A DNA stretch of 64,000 bases from Amoebidium appalachense (GCA_963693365.1 CAVNZM010000002.1:14231615-14295614); one strand, 5' to 3'. Counted from the stretch's first letter, positions 1-42,063 are shown. The notes: generated by a model not told the origin, from the sequence alone. Numbers and translations: made by a program.

Positions 1-11334
<11,334 letters not shown>

Positions 11335-11424
11335 GGTTCCTATTAGGGGAAAAAAGGGGGCGATGACTAAAACGGGAGGGGGGGGGGGGGGGGGGGGGCT
11401 TCTCTAAGTCTTCCTTTTTTTTGT

Positions 11425-11459
<35 letters not shown>

Positions 11460-11611
11460 GTTCACAGGACAGCAGGTTTGATGTGCAAAGGGAGGGGAGA
11501 ACGCCTGTAAAATAGGTGACTTGAAGAGAACTACTTAGTTTTTCGCATCCCTTTCAGACACCACAACAAATTGGTAAGTAAGATTTGGTGCCATGCCTTG
11601 GCTTTCTAATT

Positions 11612-11627
11612 ATGATCACGTGATTGG
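11612..11627. promoter_or_regulatory. Palindromic E-box (ATCACGTGAT) overlapping ATTGG (reverse CCAAT), upstream of DMXL
   Basis: Motif read directly, ~280 bp upstream of the DMXL ATG. Function is inferred. Confidence 0.3.
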
Positions 11628-12630
11628 AAGCATACAATGTATATTCATGGATGTTGGCGCACTCAGGGTCGGGCTACGTCGAATAAACTAGACAGGCATT
11701 GAGTTTAAAATTCTTATGCTGAAGATCACTTTGTTAAAACAACGAATAAAGAGACTTGCATGGAGCATTGGTAGAGAGGGCAAGGGGAGGGGGAGGGAGG
11801 GACGGAGGGGGAGGGGGGGGAGGGGGGGAGGGGGGAGGGGGAGGGGGGAATACCTGCTCTCTGAGGCTCTCAGGCCTACTGCTCCACCAAAAACATGTTC
11901 CCAACCCTCCGCTCTTCTCCGCCACACTTACTTCTAGGCCCACAATGCACCGACAGAAACACCCACCTATTCTTATCTCCTGCCGTTATGACTGCAATCT
12001 CTCTAAGTGCACAATGTCAAAGGTTAGAGCAAAGGGCTCTTCCGCACCTATACAATCCGTCCACTACAGTGACATGCCCTGTCCTCGCTATACAAAATTC
12101 GGCCGATGGATCGAATTAGCACTGTTTCAACTACAAGACACAACCCTGTCACTGCAATACACCTCGTGTGGAACAATTCGAGGCCTCAATCGGAATGACA
12201 AAACATGAATACTATATTTACCAAGTGTGTGTGACAAGGCGAAAAAAGTAAAACTTCTGAATTCGAAGAATTGGATGCCATAAGCGGCTCACTGACTTGA
12301 CTCCCTAGAAGAGGGATTGCGCAAACACCCAGCGTTTGCCCACGATCACGCAGTTTGATGGGCACATGTGATCCATGAAGTTGGGAAAGCTTGTGCCCCT
12401 GCCGGTCTGCAAGCCAAGTTGCAGACCTAACTTAGCGCTGAAACACGAAGCTCGATGTATTACTGTGTGTCATGTGCGTCGTCAGGTTGGCACAGAGGGC
12501 TGTTATTACGACGTGCCAGGCTTTTTGTCCTGTTAACCTATCACTATATGAAGCCTCACGTGCAATCATGACTTCGAGCAAAATGAGTGATCACTGTCGT
12601 TGATAAACAGTACGTCCGCTCCCCCGCCCC

Positions 12631-12672
<42 letters not shown>

Positions 12673-13006
12673 AAAAAAAAAAAAATTGAAACCATATTCT
12701 CTTCCCTTTCCCAAACCGCCTTCATAGGCCTACCTTCTTTCCCCCCCCCCCCCCCCCCCCCCTCTCCCTGTGCCTGGGCTTAAAAAAAAAAGAAGAAAAG
12801 AGACAAAGAAAAAGAACGGCCTATTATAAGCTCACTAAAGTATATTGGTGACTCCGCTCCTCCCCTTAAGCTTTCCATGCTTCAACCCCGGCACGCAAGA
12901 AACTTGGTGGTTAGCCACTGTATGCGACAAAAAAGGAATACAGGACTGAAGAAAGGAAGAGTTGCCAGAACGGTTTCAGGGAAACGGTCGGGAATAAACT
13001 TGTTGC

Positions 13007-13107
<101 letters not shown>

Positions 13108-13233
13108 CTCCCCCTCCCCTCCCCCCCCCCCCCCCCTCTCTCTCTCTCTCTTTTTCTCTCCCCCACCCTCTCTCTCCCCCTCTCCCCTCCGCCCCTCTCT
13201 CTCCCTCTCCCGCCAATCCCAACCTCTCTCTTT

Positions 13234-13560
13234 CTCAATAGGCTATACCATGTCTTTGTACCCACGCGACCGGGTGCTCAAGCACATGGACCAAGATTTC
13301 CAATCGTGGTACCACGCGGTTTCAAACATAAAATACTTGAAGCCTGCCATGATAGCGTACTTGGTGGCCACTTAAATTTCTTAAACCTTCTTAAACCTAT
13401 CAGATGTTGCATCATGCACAACCTGCCATGCCGGCCGCGATCCTTACCACGTATTGGCCTGTCACTCCACGCGGTAAATTTATGAATAATCCCGTTCATC
13501 ACGATCGGTTAAAACCCTCAGTTATCAACCGAGATGACCGCCCCCTTGGACGATGCTATC
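13234..13560 (+). pseudogene. Ty3/Gypsy integrase relic with the catalytic core deleted
   Basis: IVVPRGFKHKILEACHDSVLGGHL resembles the N-terminal half of the H2C2 zinc-binding domain. About 100 nt later, in another frame, PVHHDRLKP resembles the integrase C-terminal VH..RLK motif. Confidence 0.75.
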
Positions 13561-13839
13561 CTTCCCTTTCCACCTCTCCCACAACCACAAGATCCCCCCG
13601 TACCTGGACAACACCCACTTGCAGAAGATCTCCCTGAGGTTGCAGAATTCGTGGTTCAGGCACCCCCCCCCCCACCCCCACCCCCACCCCCTCCCTCCCG
13701 CACGCCCCCTCCCTCCGCCCCCCTCCCCCACAACCTCAACCTCACCCTGCCCCTCCAACACATCTTCCACAACCCCCTCCCCCTCCCCCCCCATGCCTCA
13801 AGCTATGCCTGCCCAGCCACCCACTCTACCCACTCTCCG

Positions 13840-13877
<38 letters not shown>

Positions 13878-14152
13878 CCTAGCCGTACCTACGCAGGCCG
13901 CTCCCCCTCCACCCCCAACCCCACTACCCCCCCTTCCCCCCGCCTCCTCACCACATCCCTTACGTTCTCCCTCAAAATACATACCCGAACCCCCATATGC
14001 CCAACTTGGCACCCTACCCGCATATCCACGCCCCACTATCGTATACGTGGATCTCCCCCGGATGGGGATATGCACCTGACGGCCGATTGTACTACTTGGC
14101 CGCTGATCATAACAGTCAACCCGCATGGTTTCCGGATGACCACATGATCGAA

Positions 14153-14286
14153 ATTCGACGGAAAGATATGCAAATATGCACGGCATACTGAGAAGACAAT
14201 AAAAACTTTTTTTTCTTTTGACTGGATTTATTCGACGGAAAGATATGACAAGTATGCACGGCATACTGAGAAGACAATAAAAACTT
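14153..14286. repeat. ~55-bp direct repeat pair (14153-14208, 14230-14286)
   Basis: attcgacggaaagatatg...tatgcacggcatactgagaagacaataaaaactt occurs twice, abutting the stop codon of retrotransposon family 2. Confidence 0.85.
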
Positions 14287-15302
14287 CACGAGTTATCCAG
14301 TAACAAGTGCATACTGAGATACCTGAACACTGTGTGAAAATCATATAAATACTCAATGTGACGACCAACAGAATTCAACAAAAAGTCTAAAGTGTTCACA
14401 TTGCCAGCTAGTGTAGCAGATACCCGGAGGGAAAGAGGTAAAACGCGACATAAAAATTCACACCTATCAACATGCTTGCGATTAAAAAGGTCAGCACAAA
14501 AGTGGCACCAGCGGCGATGAAAACAAGAATTACAGCGCCACTGCACAACTTCCCAGGCAATATCAACATCAGAGCACCATACAGACTTATCTACTAGGGT
14601 GGTATCCATACGTACAGCAGGAGAAATGTATCCTGCCAAAGCTCCCAAAAAGCGATAATGATCAGTACGGTGTTGCCTGAGGAACATAACACATGCCGAC
14701 TGAGTTTTACCTTTGATTTCCCTATCAGAACGAGAAAGAAGCTTATACTGCGTATGGTAATAACGCGAAAAGGCAGAAAAAACAGGAAGAGAAAAGAAAG
14801 AGGGAGTGAGATAGCGAGAGGAAGAATCAGGTGGAAAGAGGGTAGGCTGAGGACATTCAGAAGTAGCGTTGGTGAATCGGGGGGGAAGAGGGATGGAGGG
14901 AGGGGGGGGAAAGAAAGCATAAAGAGGGTGACCATCAGGTAGCCTAACTAAATGAAAACAAAAACGAAGAGACAATTCCTCCATACGACAAACAGCAGAC
15001 GACAATCCAAACATACTGATTAAGGGAGGCACAAACCGAGTACGAAACAAAGTGCGTAGCGCAGTACCCTGAAAATCGTCGAACTCGTTCAGCGCCATTG
15101 CCGCCTCGCGAGGTGGGGCGCAGGCCAATAGCGGAAGTCCATATTCGAAAGTCGGCCGTAAAAAAGTTTTATAGTAGAGAAGAAGGTTCGCAGGATGGAT
15201 CACAGACTCCTGTTGAAACATATTTGACACGATGTGAAGCTTACCCTTCGCACGAGCGATCCGTGCTGTGAGGAGCTTGCGGAAATCAATACCCCGTGCA
15301 GT
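14286..15302 (-). mobile_element. 5'-truncated non-LTR retrotransposon, family 2, copy A (RT thumb plus C-terminal Cys/His region)
   Basis: Motifs FTARGIDF, YKTFLRPTFEYGLPL, QWRCN...CHFCADLFNRKHVDRC and NTLDFLLN parallel those of family 1. Confidence 0.85.
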
Positions 15303-15812
15303 AAAAACTTCACGAGTTATCCAATAACAACTTAGTGCATACTGAGATACCTGAACACTGTGTGAAAATCATATAAATACTCAATGTGACGACCAACAGA
15401 ATTCAACAAAAAGTCTAAAGTGTTCACATTGCCAGCTAGTGTAGCAGATACCCGGAGGGAAAGAGGTAAAACGCGACATAAAAATTCACATCTATCAACA
15501 TGCTTGCGATTAAAAAGGTCAGCACAAAAGTGGCACCAGCGGCGATGAAAACAAGAATTACAGCGCCACTGCACAACTTCCCAGGCAATATCAACATCAG
15601 AGCACCATACAGACTTATCTACTAGGGTGGTATCCATACGTACAGCAGGAGAAATGTATCCTGCCAAAGCTCCCAAAAAGCGATAATGATCAGTACGGTG
15701 TTGCCTAAGAAACATAACACATGCCGACTGAGTTTTACCTTTGATTTCTCTATCAGAACGAGAAAGAAACTTATACTGCGTATGGTAATAACGCGAAAAG
15801 GCAGAAATATAA
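15303..15812 (-). mobile_element. Family 2 copy B: near-identical tandem duplicate of the last ~500 bp of copy A
   Basis: Matches 14279-14779 with a few substitutions and a small insertion that creates a stop at 15332. Confidence 0.88.
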
Positions 15813-17111
15813 AGAGATCCCCCCCCCCCCCCCCCCCCCCCCCCTTGATAACCAGTAGACACCCATTGACTACCGTCCCCAACCCTTAAAAAAAAAAAAA
15901 AAAAAAAATGAAAATCATATTTATTTATTATACACTCCTCTCTTTTCCAAGCGCCTTACCTCGCAAGGCCACCTCTTTCTGAGTTGCCTACTGCTCGAAT
16001 CGCTAGGCCTTTCCCCTCATTTCTTGTCCCCCCCCCCCCCCCCCCCCGTATCTTTCCTTTCCTCCCCCCCCCCCCCCCCCCCCAACCGCCGCCGCCTTCT
16101 AGGCCTACTTGCACGTGCACGAGGCGAGCACCATATCTTGCAAGGCCACCCCTGTACCAACCTGGCTACTCACTCGAGCTGCTCCCCTCACACAAACACA
16201 CACACACACATACTCACACACACACACGCACAAACACACACACACACCCACGCACATACACACACTATATTTTGGAATGAAAAATTCATTTGCACATGTT
16301 GTATGCATGAATGCGTGCCTGTACATATTATATGCATAAAGGCTTTTTTAAATAACACTAAGTTACTTTTAGCACGTTCTTTAATAGCATTTTAGCTACT
16401 TGTGCTTTAGCCGCTAGCTAGAGCGTCATATTCATTTTTTCTTTCATATATAGCTAGCCCTAGCATAGGTCTCTGATTTAGCTTCAATAGGCTTGCTTAA
16501 ATAATAGCACATAGCCCTTAATTAATTAAGCTATCGCTACTACGGACCTCATAATATCTGCCACATGTCTGTATTCTAGTATGCCTGTACATAACTGCCA
16601 CTTTCGGTGCTGCCTTATACCCTGGGTGCTGGTCACTCTGTTAGCCGCCTTTTTTTTTTCCCCTCCTGGTTTGAGCTCGGGACGAGCTCAACTCCCCCGG
16701 GGGAATGCCCGAGCGAGATCACGTGACCTCGCCCGCACTGGGGTGTAGGCAGCTCACGGCAGCCAGATTGGCCATCGCTCACAAGCACAGGCCCAATACA
16801 GACTCTCGGCAGCTCTGTGTGAGTCCCGTCACCGTCCCTCACACTCCGTCCCTCACACTAAGTGCCTCGTTCCCAGGCTTTTCCCTCTTGTTCCTTAGTC
16901 CCAAGTACCACTAGCTTAGGCACTGCAGTATCAGGGTAGAGGCTGTTCCTATTGGCCCATGTGACACCCATAGAATAACCAATAGGAATCTGTACAAACC
17001 TTAGGCAAAAAAAAAAAAGGGTACTACTTAGTATAGCCAGCAAATACGTATGATAGTAAGTTATATGTCGCAAAATATGCTACTATAATAATACATATTA
17101 TATGATACTAT

Positions 17112-18352
17112 AGCGACGAGTGGTGCAAGGCAAACCTTATGATCCTTAACATAGACAAATGTGGTGTTCTTGTACCTGATATAGCTAACAATTTACACAC
17201 ATTTACATTATCATCTAAACCTGTACCTATAGTTCCAGAATACAAATATCTTGGTGTTCCGGTTGATTCTGTTGGTGTTATGTTTCCCCATATGGTCGAA
17301 AAGAGGGTAGAGTTGGCTCGTAAGCGGTTAGCTTTCTTCTCGGCTAATATTTTTAAAGACACACCCCTCCATCCTTCTATTAGACTTACATTTATTCGCA
17401 CTTTTGTCTTCCCGGCATGTGAATATGGTTTACCCCTTCTCGCCGCTTGGATCAAGAAAGAGAGAACTAGAGCGCTTAAACCCTTGGCAAATTTCCTTGA
17501 AGCAGAAGTTGCCTCCTTTCTATCTAACAACTGTTGTAAACCTGGGCCTGTAACGCTCTCGATATATGGTCTGGTCCCAATAGCTGCTAGAGTATCCTAT
17601 CTCGCGCTGAAATTCAATAAGCACATAAGCCGCTTAAAGAAGTATTTGCCCTCCCACCCTCTCTTCTCTATCCGACCTGTCCCCTCCTCACCTCTCCCCT
17701 CTTTCCTCCCCTCTCTCTCCCCTTCTCCCCTGGGCACAAATACAAATAAACCCCGCAATAGTGTGTGTGTGACTTTGGACTGCCACTTACTTATTAAACA
17801 TGTACACAATCACAAGATAATCACGCAATATAACAAATGGAAAAAGATACCAAACGACACTAGACCCGATGAAAGCATACACCTTGAAAAACTAAGCCTT
17901 ATGTCTCGTTTTATATATACTGACCGCCTCAACCATATTGCCAAATATGGCACTCGCAAGTGTATAACACCTAAATACATATTACCTTCCTGTAGAACTG
18001 GTCTTTCTCTAGCTGATGGTATTATTGATCAATTACCACGCTTTTACTGTACACGTGCTATACAGTGGAGATCTAATAAGTATAAGGTGGCATCATTTGC
18101 ATGCCCAAACAACACACACACACACCAGTTTAACCGGTCATGTATCGCCAAATGTAGTTTGATAGACCACATAATACCGCAACACACACACGTCACATTC
18201 ACAACAGACACCCAGAAAGATAGCCTACCTGTAAATTACAACATCCTTGATTTTATACTAAACACGCGTAACTACGACCTGTTTATTAGATGTATTGATT
18301 GGCTTGAGAAACACATCACTACAAAATTATAGCGCACGCGCACACACACACA

Positions 18353-18415
<63 letters not shown>

Positions 18416-18447
18416 CCAGCTGATACCGAGTGTCCCGAGGGGAGCCC

Positions 18448-18490
<43 letters not shown>

Positions 18491-18686
18491 GGGGAACCCC
18501 AACTAATTGATTTCTCCTTGTAGTCTTTATGGTGTCTCGTAGAGAAAGTAAACCCTGATATATAGTCACCACCCGACATCTATGTACGTGATCATGATAT
18601 ACCGCTGAGGGGATATTCCGAGCAAAACCCCCCCCCCCATACCTGAGACTGGTTCTCTTTGCCTCGAGTAAACAGCGTAAACCCCC
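17112..18686 (+). mobile_element. Non-LTR retrotransposon family 1, copy B, with an open 397-aa RT C-terminal frame (17139-18332)
   Basis: DEWCKANLMILNIDKC...EYKYLG. Same 3' UTR as copy A: (CA)n, internal poly-A, ending cagcgtaaaccccc. Confidence 0.9.
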
Positions 18687-19232
18687 ATATTTATAAGCAA
18701 AAGCATGATGCCCATTTTAGGTCTTCGCGAGGCTCAGTCAGTCATCTCCGAGTGGCTCAGAGAGGGGCAAAAAGGACTATCGACCGTCGAGGTTGAAGGA
18801 CAACGCTCATGATCATCGACACAAAACTTGAGATATATATATATTGTTTCATTGACAGTCTTTATAACGTCGCACAGCTTATACAAACAAATATTTTGTA
18901 TAAATAAGGGCTGATACTTTATTCTGCAACTCTGGTGTTCAATACTGTTGTTTATTAGTGACAGTTCACAGCATATTTTTTCCTTGCATTCCTCTGCTGA
19001 AAAAGCAACCGGCGCGCAAAAAGGCCGTTTCAAGTTGGTTCTGGGTCTGGTTCTGTCTGTGTCACCGTGGCAGTTGTCTATTCACTGTAACAACGTCTTC
19101 TTGTGTTTTGCAATTGCATTTGTCTCCTTTGTGACATCTTATTAGAATTCTCAGCTGCAGGTACCTTCTCATTCCCTTGTCTTAAAAACCCCACCCCTAC
19201 CCTTCCCCCATCAACTCGTAGGCAATGGCGAG

Positions 19233-19263
<31 letters not shown>

Positions 19264-19632
19264 ACCGCCACCACCACCACTACCACCCCCACCCCCTCCC
19301 ACCTCCCTTCCTCTCTCCACCCCTCCCCCTACACCCTCCGCCCGCCCCTTCCCCCCACAGCTCCCTCCTCCCCCACGCTCTCTTCCCCCTTCATTTTTTG
19401 CCAACTTTGCTTTTTGATTTATAGCCAGGTGATGAGACCTCTTCTGTGAAAGAGGGAAAACGCTGTCATTGGGTCGTTTCTCCTTGCTGTTAAGTCTGCC
19501 TTGTTTCCTCCTATGCCTCTTCAGATCATCCGTGGGCTCATGCGTTGTCTTGTTGGGCTCATGTGTCGTCAGGTTGTCATGTGTCTAACAGAGACTCTGT
19601 CTTTGCAGTCGGACTTGCAAGGTTGTAAGAGA

Positions 19633-31219
<11,587 letters not shown>

Positions 31220-32311
31220 TTGGACGAATCTGTTTTAAAATTATGATCGACCGTTTGGATTCTTGCTTTGTGGTTATTGTGGTGTTTACTCAATCCCCCC
31301 ACCACCCCTACCACTACCACATAGACCACACACACCCACACTCGCGCGTGCTCATCCGGGCTCGCAAGTACACACACACACACCACACATGCACACAAAT
31401 ACACAAGGAACGGTTTGCAATCGAAGACTTTTTAGGTTTAGCCTTTTGTTTTTTTCCGATGTCGATTAATGTATGTATGTTAGCTTAGTCAGTTAGAATA
31501 TACATGTACACCGATACCAGTGCCTCGCTTCAATTTTTGCCCATCCACCGAAATGAGGCCTATGATCTGACATGAGTGAGAAATTGGGTCATGCCACATT
31601 TTTAGGATTTTTGGTCACTGACGGTAGCATGCCTACTCATAATATCACAGAGTTGTGACAGTCACATCGATCGCGATAATAAAGGGCTTAATTGTCCCAC
31701 GTAAACCGTGAACATGTTTTCTGAGATGGGTCAGTGCATATGTTACGATCCTACAAAAAAAAAACACTTTGCTTTGTGCTGTTTTCATGGCAACACACCA
31801 GCTGTCGATTACCTGTTGTATGTGCTTTGAAATACCGTGTCCGACATAAGTTTTGTGGCAATGCATGTCTTGTATGCATATTCAAACCCATTTTCTGTGG
31901 TGATGTCGGATAGACATGGGCAGCTGCGGCGCCACGGAACAGCTGAATAAGATTTAATGCACATATACCGGCCTGCCTCGGAGACGTCGTCAATTGTAAG
32001 CTTGACACATTGTTGAGGGGTGCACATGCAGGTGCCAAGTATCATGATCATGCATGTAAAATCGTCCTAATATTAATATTAATTAATATTAGAATCTCTT
32101 TGATCATGCATGAGGAAAACTTTCTGATTACAATTTGCTATGAATATGAAGAAACAAAAGCATAGCAAGCCCAGTTTAATACTGTACATAGGGCCATGTA
32201 CTTTGAAAAACACTGTGGCATGTACAGTCGGCACATGTGCCTTCGGTCGAAGAGTGTAGCTAGATGTTGTGCAGCACAGCTATGATTTTTTTGATTTTTT
32301 TATGTGTGTGT

Positions 32312-32403
<92 letters not shown>

Positions 32404-32473
32404 TGTGCTGGGTGGGCGGAGGAAGTTCGTGTCTACTTGTTTTGTTTGTGTGTGTGTCACGGTGTGTGTGTGT

Positions 32474-32526
<53 letters not shown>

Positions 32527-33643
32527 ACCTCAAGACATTCTGTCTCTAGTTCTATTTATGACTGCCAGCTTGCATCAGTGCCTGTACTAAAGCATGGCCG
32601 GTCTAGATGATATCGACCAAACTACTATGATAGCCTTGCACCAACGATGCCTACAACCCACAACCGATAGTTATATGCCATGCTTGGAGATATATCTTGT
32701 AATGTACTGGTTCTCTTGCATGATACTCTTCCTACGGCTGTAAGGGGGAAACATGGGGCCAACCACATGCATGCAACTGCCAGAGGGTGTCACCGTCTAT
32801 CTACACTGCATATATGTACTGCCCCATGTGCACAAGCTCTTTGTGCTAACACCGACAAATGTGCGTGCCAGCTGCGCCTAACTTTATATATGAATACACG
32901 GTGCCTCCCTATCAGCTTACTATCATCTATATAGTAAATATTATCATCAACCCTATATGATTAGGCAGGCTAACGTCACTTTGAACTATGTAGTTCACCT
33001 CTATATTCACAAACACATCATGCACTCTCTACGTAAAAAAGGGGGTGTACGGAATCCAATGGATGAAATCGGGAACATCAGAAATAAACCATAGACATAT
33101 TTGGTGTATGAACTGCATGCAAAGTATGTTTCGTACATCGAGTGTGCGCGTGTTGTTTTGGTAACTATGTATGATATGTATGATGAGAAACGTATCCACC
33201 GTGTCTCCCAACTCTCTAGCAAACAGTGTTAAGTCTTAAGATTTAAAGAGTTTCAATGGCTCCACACACACTCCTGTATATACGGGTCCCTGTATTGGTT
33301 TCAACTGCATGTGTACACGTGCCATGAAGACTCTCCTGTGGGGCAACCTGCACGCATGCCTCACTATATATCAAACGAACACTCTTGTCCTCAAACTTGA
33401 TACCTTGCTCCCCCCCTCCCCCCTCCCCCCCCTCCCCCCCCCATGTACCCTCCAACCCTCCCCCCCCCTCTCTCCATTAATTAAACAGCAACATGGTTAA
33501 CTAATCAGTTATCAGAATCAAAACGGTCCATGCTACCACCCAGTCGCACTTTCTCCAGCTCGGCAGAATCAATGTGCAGGGCTGCAACAGTGGCTCTCCG
33601 ACCGGGTCGAGCCCGACCCGAAACTACAAGCGGCCCGTTGTCA

Positions 33644-37790
<4,147 letters not shown>

Positions 37791-39719
37791 TGTAACGTTT
37801 GGGCTCGGTACAATATGGCATGGCTAGGAACGGTGGTTATTTACTATTAGAAAAAGACATGATAGATTGTCTTGGCAGAAGGTCCTTTAGTGATTCTATT
37901 GATGAATGCTGAAATAAAGACTCAAAACCGGATGTTGTCTTTCAAAGAAGCAAACCTTATAGGTTGGCCGTGGTGTCACTGATGGTTCCGTTGCCTGTGG
38001 TATGTAAAACCAGGTTCAGTGGTGTCCCCTCCTCCTCCCCCATCCCTCGCCTCTCCCTCTGTCTTCCCCTCCTCACCCCCCCCCCCCCCCCCCCCCCTCG
38101 TCCCCCAGCTTACCCACCTGCACACGAACACCAACAAGGCGAGTTCCTACCCGTCAAGGGCTACTCATAAACTACCACGTTGCCTTTCTATGCATGAACA
38201 AAGCTAAATGCGTGTGTTTCCCGGCATCGTTGAGAAGTGTACGGCATAGAACAAGAACCCACAGCTCGCACAGCCATTGAATCTCTTCAACTTACGGACT
38301 AGAAACCAAGAACAAACACCTGGGTGTTGCATGGCAGACAGAAAGTGTAAACCATGGGGGACTCTTGAAAACGATGGCCAGCATGTTTGTGTTAAGGGCC
38401 AATTAAGCATCTACACCTACGTTTTGCTTAGACTCGGGTCCTGTATGGGGACTTTGGTGAAGACGTTGCAAACTTTGTTCTCACGGCGTAGAAGTGGACT
38501 TAACCTCAAAAATAGATGAGGCGAAAGTAGAAAAATAAACACAGCGTCAAGTGTACAGAGCTGTAGAGCTTTGTGGAGCCTGGCAGAAACGCGTTCTGAA
38601 CTTTGATAGTGTTAAACTACCAGAGTTGGAATCCTGACTGGACTCGCGTAACGTTTACTGTATGTACGTGGGAATGTGGGAAATCTGCTGTGTACATAAT
38701 AGGGCTGTAAAAGGAGAACATTGATGTGCTGCCGGGGTGCGAGGAGGGCGGGAAAACCGCTTTTTGAGCTCTTTACATATTGCCAACATACATATAGCCT
38801 AGTATGCGAGCTGGCCTGCTGGCACCATGCCAACAGGGATCATCCTGAGCCTCCCTTCATTTGAAACCCTGTACCATGGTCCTAATGATTGGCTTATTTT
38901 ATCATGCGAAGGATCCCCCACAACTTTTGGTGGCAGCAGTGGGGCGTGTACATGACAACAGTACTCTCAGAGAAACAAACCACAACGGCATTCTCTCCCT
39001 CGCCATAATGCCGCTAAAACAGGAAAGAAAGTTAACCTAATATATAACTACCTTTCAAAAAATATCTAAATTCAAACGCTGCAGCAGTGACCAATGCTGC
39101 CGACAGGCCGTCGGAGACCCTTACTCATAGGCTTTTAACCACAGAATCCCCCAAGATTTCTGAAGACTGACAGTCAGACAGTAAAGCCACTACTCATAGA
39201 GAGAGATAGCCACTCCTGTGCACTCCGGATCCACTTGCTTCATAGTTTTGCATGGAATAATTGCAATATAATGTAATTCTTGTTATGATGCTTGTTGTCC
39301 GTCAACATCACTCTAGTCGCAGAGTTTCAATATTCATCGTTTTAACCAATAGCAACACACACCGTACCCACAACGCCGACAGTGCGGCCCCACACGCCCA
39401 AACACACTCCTCCGCAGTAGGCTACATCATGACTGACACACAAACGGAGCCTCACTCAATTACTAAAACTGTACACGCGACGTCGACACACACCATGGCA
39501 CATGCAGAATTACGAGAACACCCACACGTCAGGTAGCAAGCGCTTATGTCCACTCGCGCACACGTACACACACGTGGATGTCACACACACACACGCACGC
39601 ATGCACGCACGCGCACACACACGCACACACAACAATCTACATACACGCAAACACACGCTCACTCGCTCACTCACAGGCACACGCCACATTGTCACGGTGA
39701 CCCAGACAGTATCACTGTG

Positions 39720-40290
<571 letters not shown>

Positions 40291-40721
40291 CACTCTGATC
40301 TGTACCACTCAAATAGCACCAGTTAGTCTTGTTTGGTTCAGTGATGTTGTCCTTTGACATTCTATTTGTCCCTACCAGTGTTGGGCCGGGTTACGTATTA
40401 ATAATAGCTTACTGAATGAATCAGGGCTTTCTTGAAGTTCGATCGTCGGTTTAATATGGCTTCAACAACTTTCGAAAAGTGGGGAGGGGGGCAGAGGGTT
40501 GGAGAAAGGAGGAAGAGGGGAGTGTTGTGGTACATAGCAATTTTGGGGTGGGGGGAGGGGGAGGAGGGGGAAAGGGGGAGGGGGGGAGTTGAGGGGATGT
40601 GCATAGTGGATTTTTTAATATTTTTTTTCGGGGAGGGGGGGGGGGGGGGGGGGGGGGGGGTAAATCATAGTAGAAATTCTGGGGAGGGGGAGCGGGGACC
40701 CACCACCCTTCTTGGACGAGG

Positions 40722-40794
<73 letters not shown>

Positions 40795-41055
40795 CAACCC
40801 ACTCAAGCACCCTGCCGTGGCTATATATATCGAATATCAATGATGTACAAAATAGAGTGATCATATGTCATTGACGCGATCATATGAAAGTAACTCGGAA
40901 AGGCTTTGGTTGTATAATAAACGCGGTTTACGCCGTGGCACATTCCGAAATCATGTACATAAACATATTAATGCTTAGGATGCCACATGATATCAACCTT
41001 TTCTAGATCCCTCAAACTCAGGCTACAAACTAGTACAGTTAGCTTCTTTCTCCCC

Positions 41056-41100
<45 letters not shown>

Positions 41101-42010
41101 TCCCTTCCTCCCCTCACCCTCCCCTACCCCTCGGGAGCCTCCGTTTCCATTCTTCTCATAGAACGCGCACACACACGTAGCCACCCACACACAATTTCAC
41201 ACTTAGGGCCTACAGTGACACACGTACCCCACACAGGTGCACAAACCTGCGACTTAGATGCGCACCTGTACATGTACTACGCAGATACACTCACCATTCA
41301 ATAAATGGAAAAAGCACACATGATGTATACATACGGGTGTCCTAGTGCACCGATAATGCGGCCAAATAAATACTGGCAAGAGAAAAACAGACATCACTTG
41401 CACACACATTCACGCACGCACACACTCGCACCGTGAAGCATCTTGTGGTGTTACAGTACGCACTGGCGCACGCGCACACCGTGACACACAGGCAAACACA
41501 CACACTCTTTTCGGTGAACGCACTGACTGATACGCTCAAGATGGGCACACATTTAGTACCAAGACACACTCTTATTCTCTTCCAAAATATCTTGTCTCCC
41601 TCCCCAAGTTGCCCTCCTTCCCACCCCATCCCCTCCCCCCACCCCCCCCCCTTCCCCCCCTTTCCCTCCCCCTTCCCCCCCCCCCCCCCTTTCCCTCCCC
41701 TCCCCCCCCCCCCCCCCCCCCCCCCCGCCCGCGTCTCTCTCTCTTTCTCCCCCTCCCCCCCCCCCCCCCCCCCCCCCTCCCGTGGGGACCCCCCTGGCCG
41801 AGTCTCTCTCTTTCTCTCCCTTCCCCCCCCCCCCCCCCCCCCCCCCCCATTCCTCCTTTGCCTTAGCGCATACACCGTCGTACATGCATCACCAACACCA
41901 TAAACAAAGGCGTGCGCATAGGCGTGTGTGGGCAAAGTTAGGCACTTTAATACGGCATTCGTACAACATGCACACAGTTTGAGCAACGTGGCACCGTCGC
42001 ACAGTGTTAT

Positions 42011-42063
<53 letters not shown>

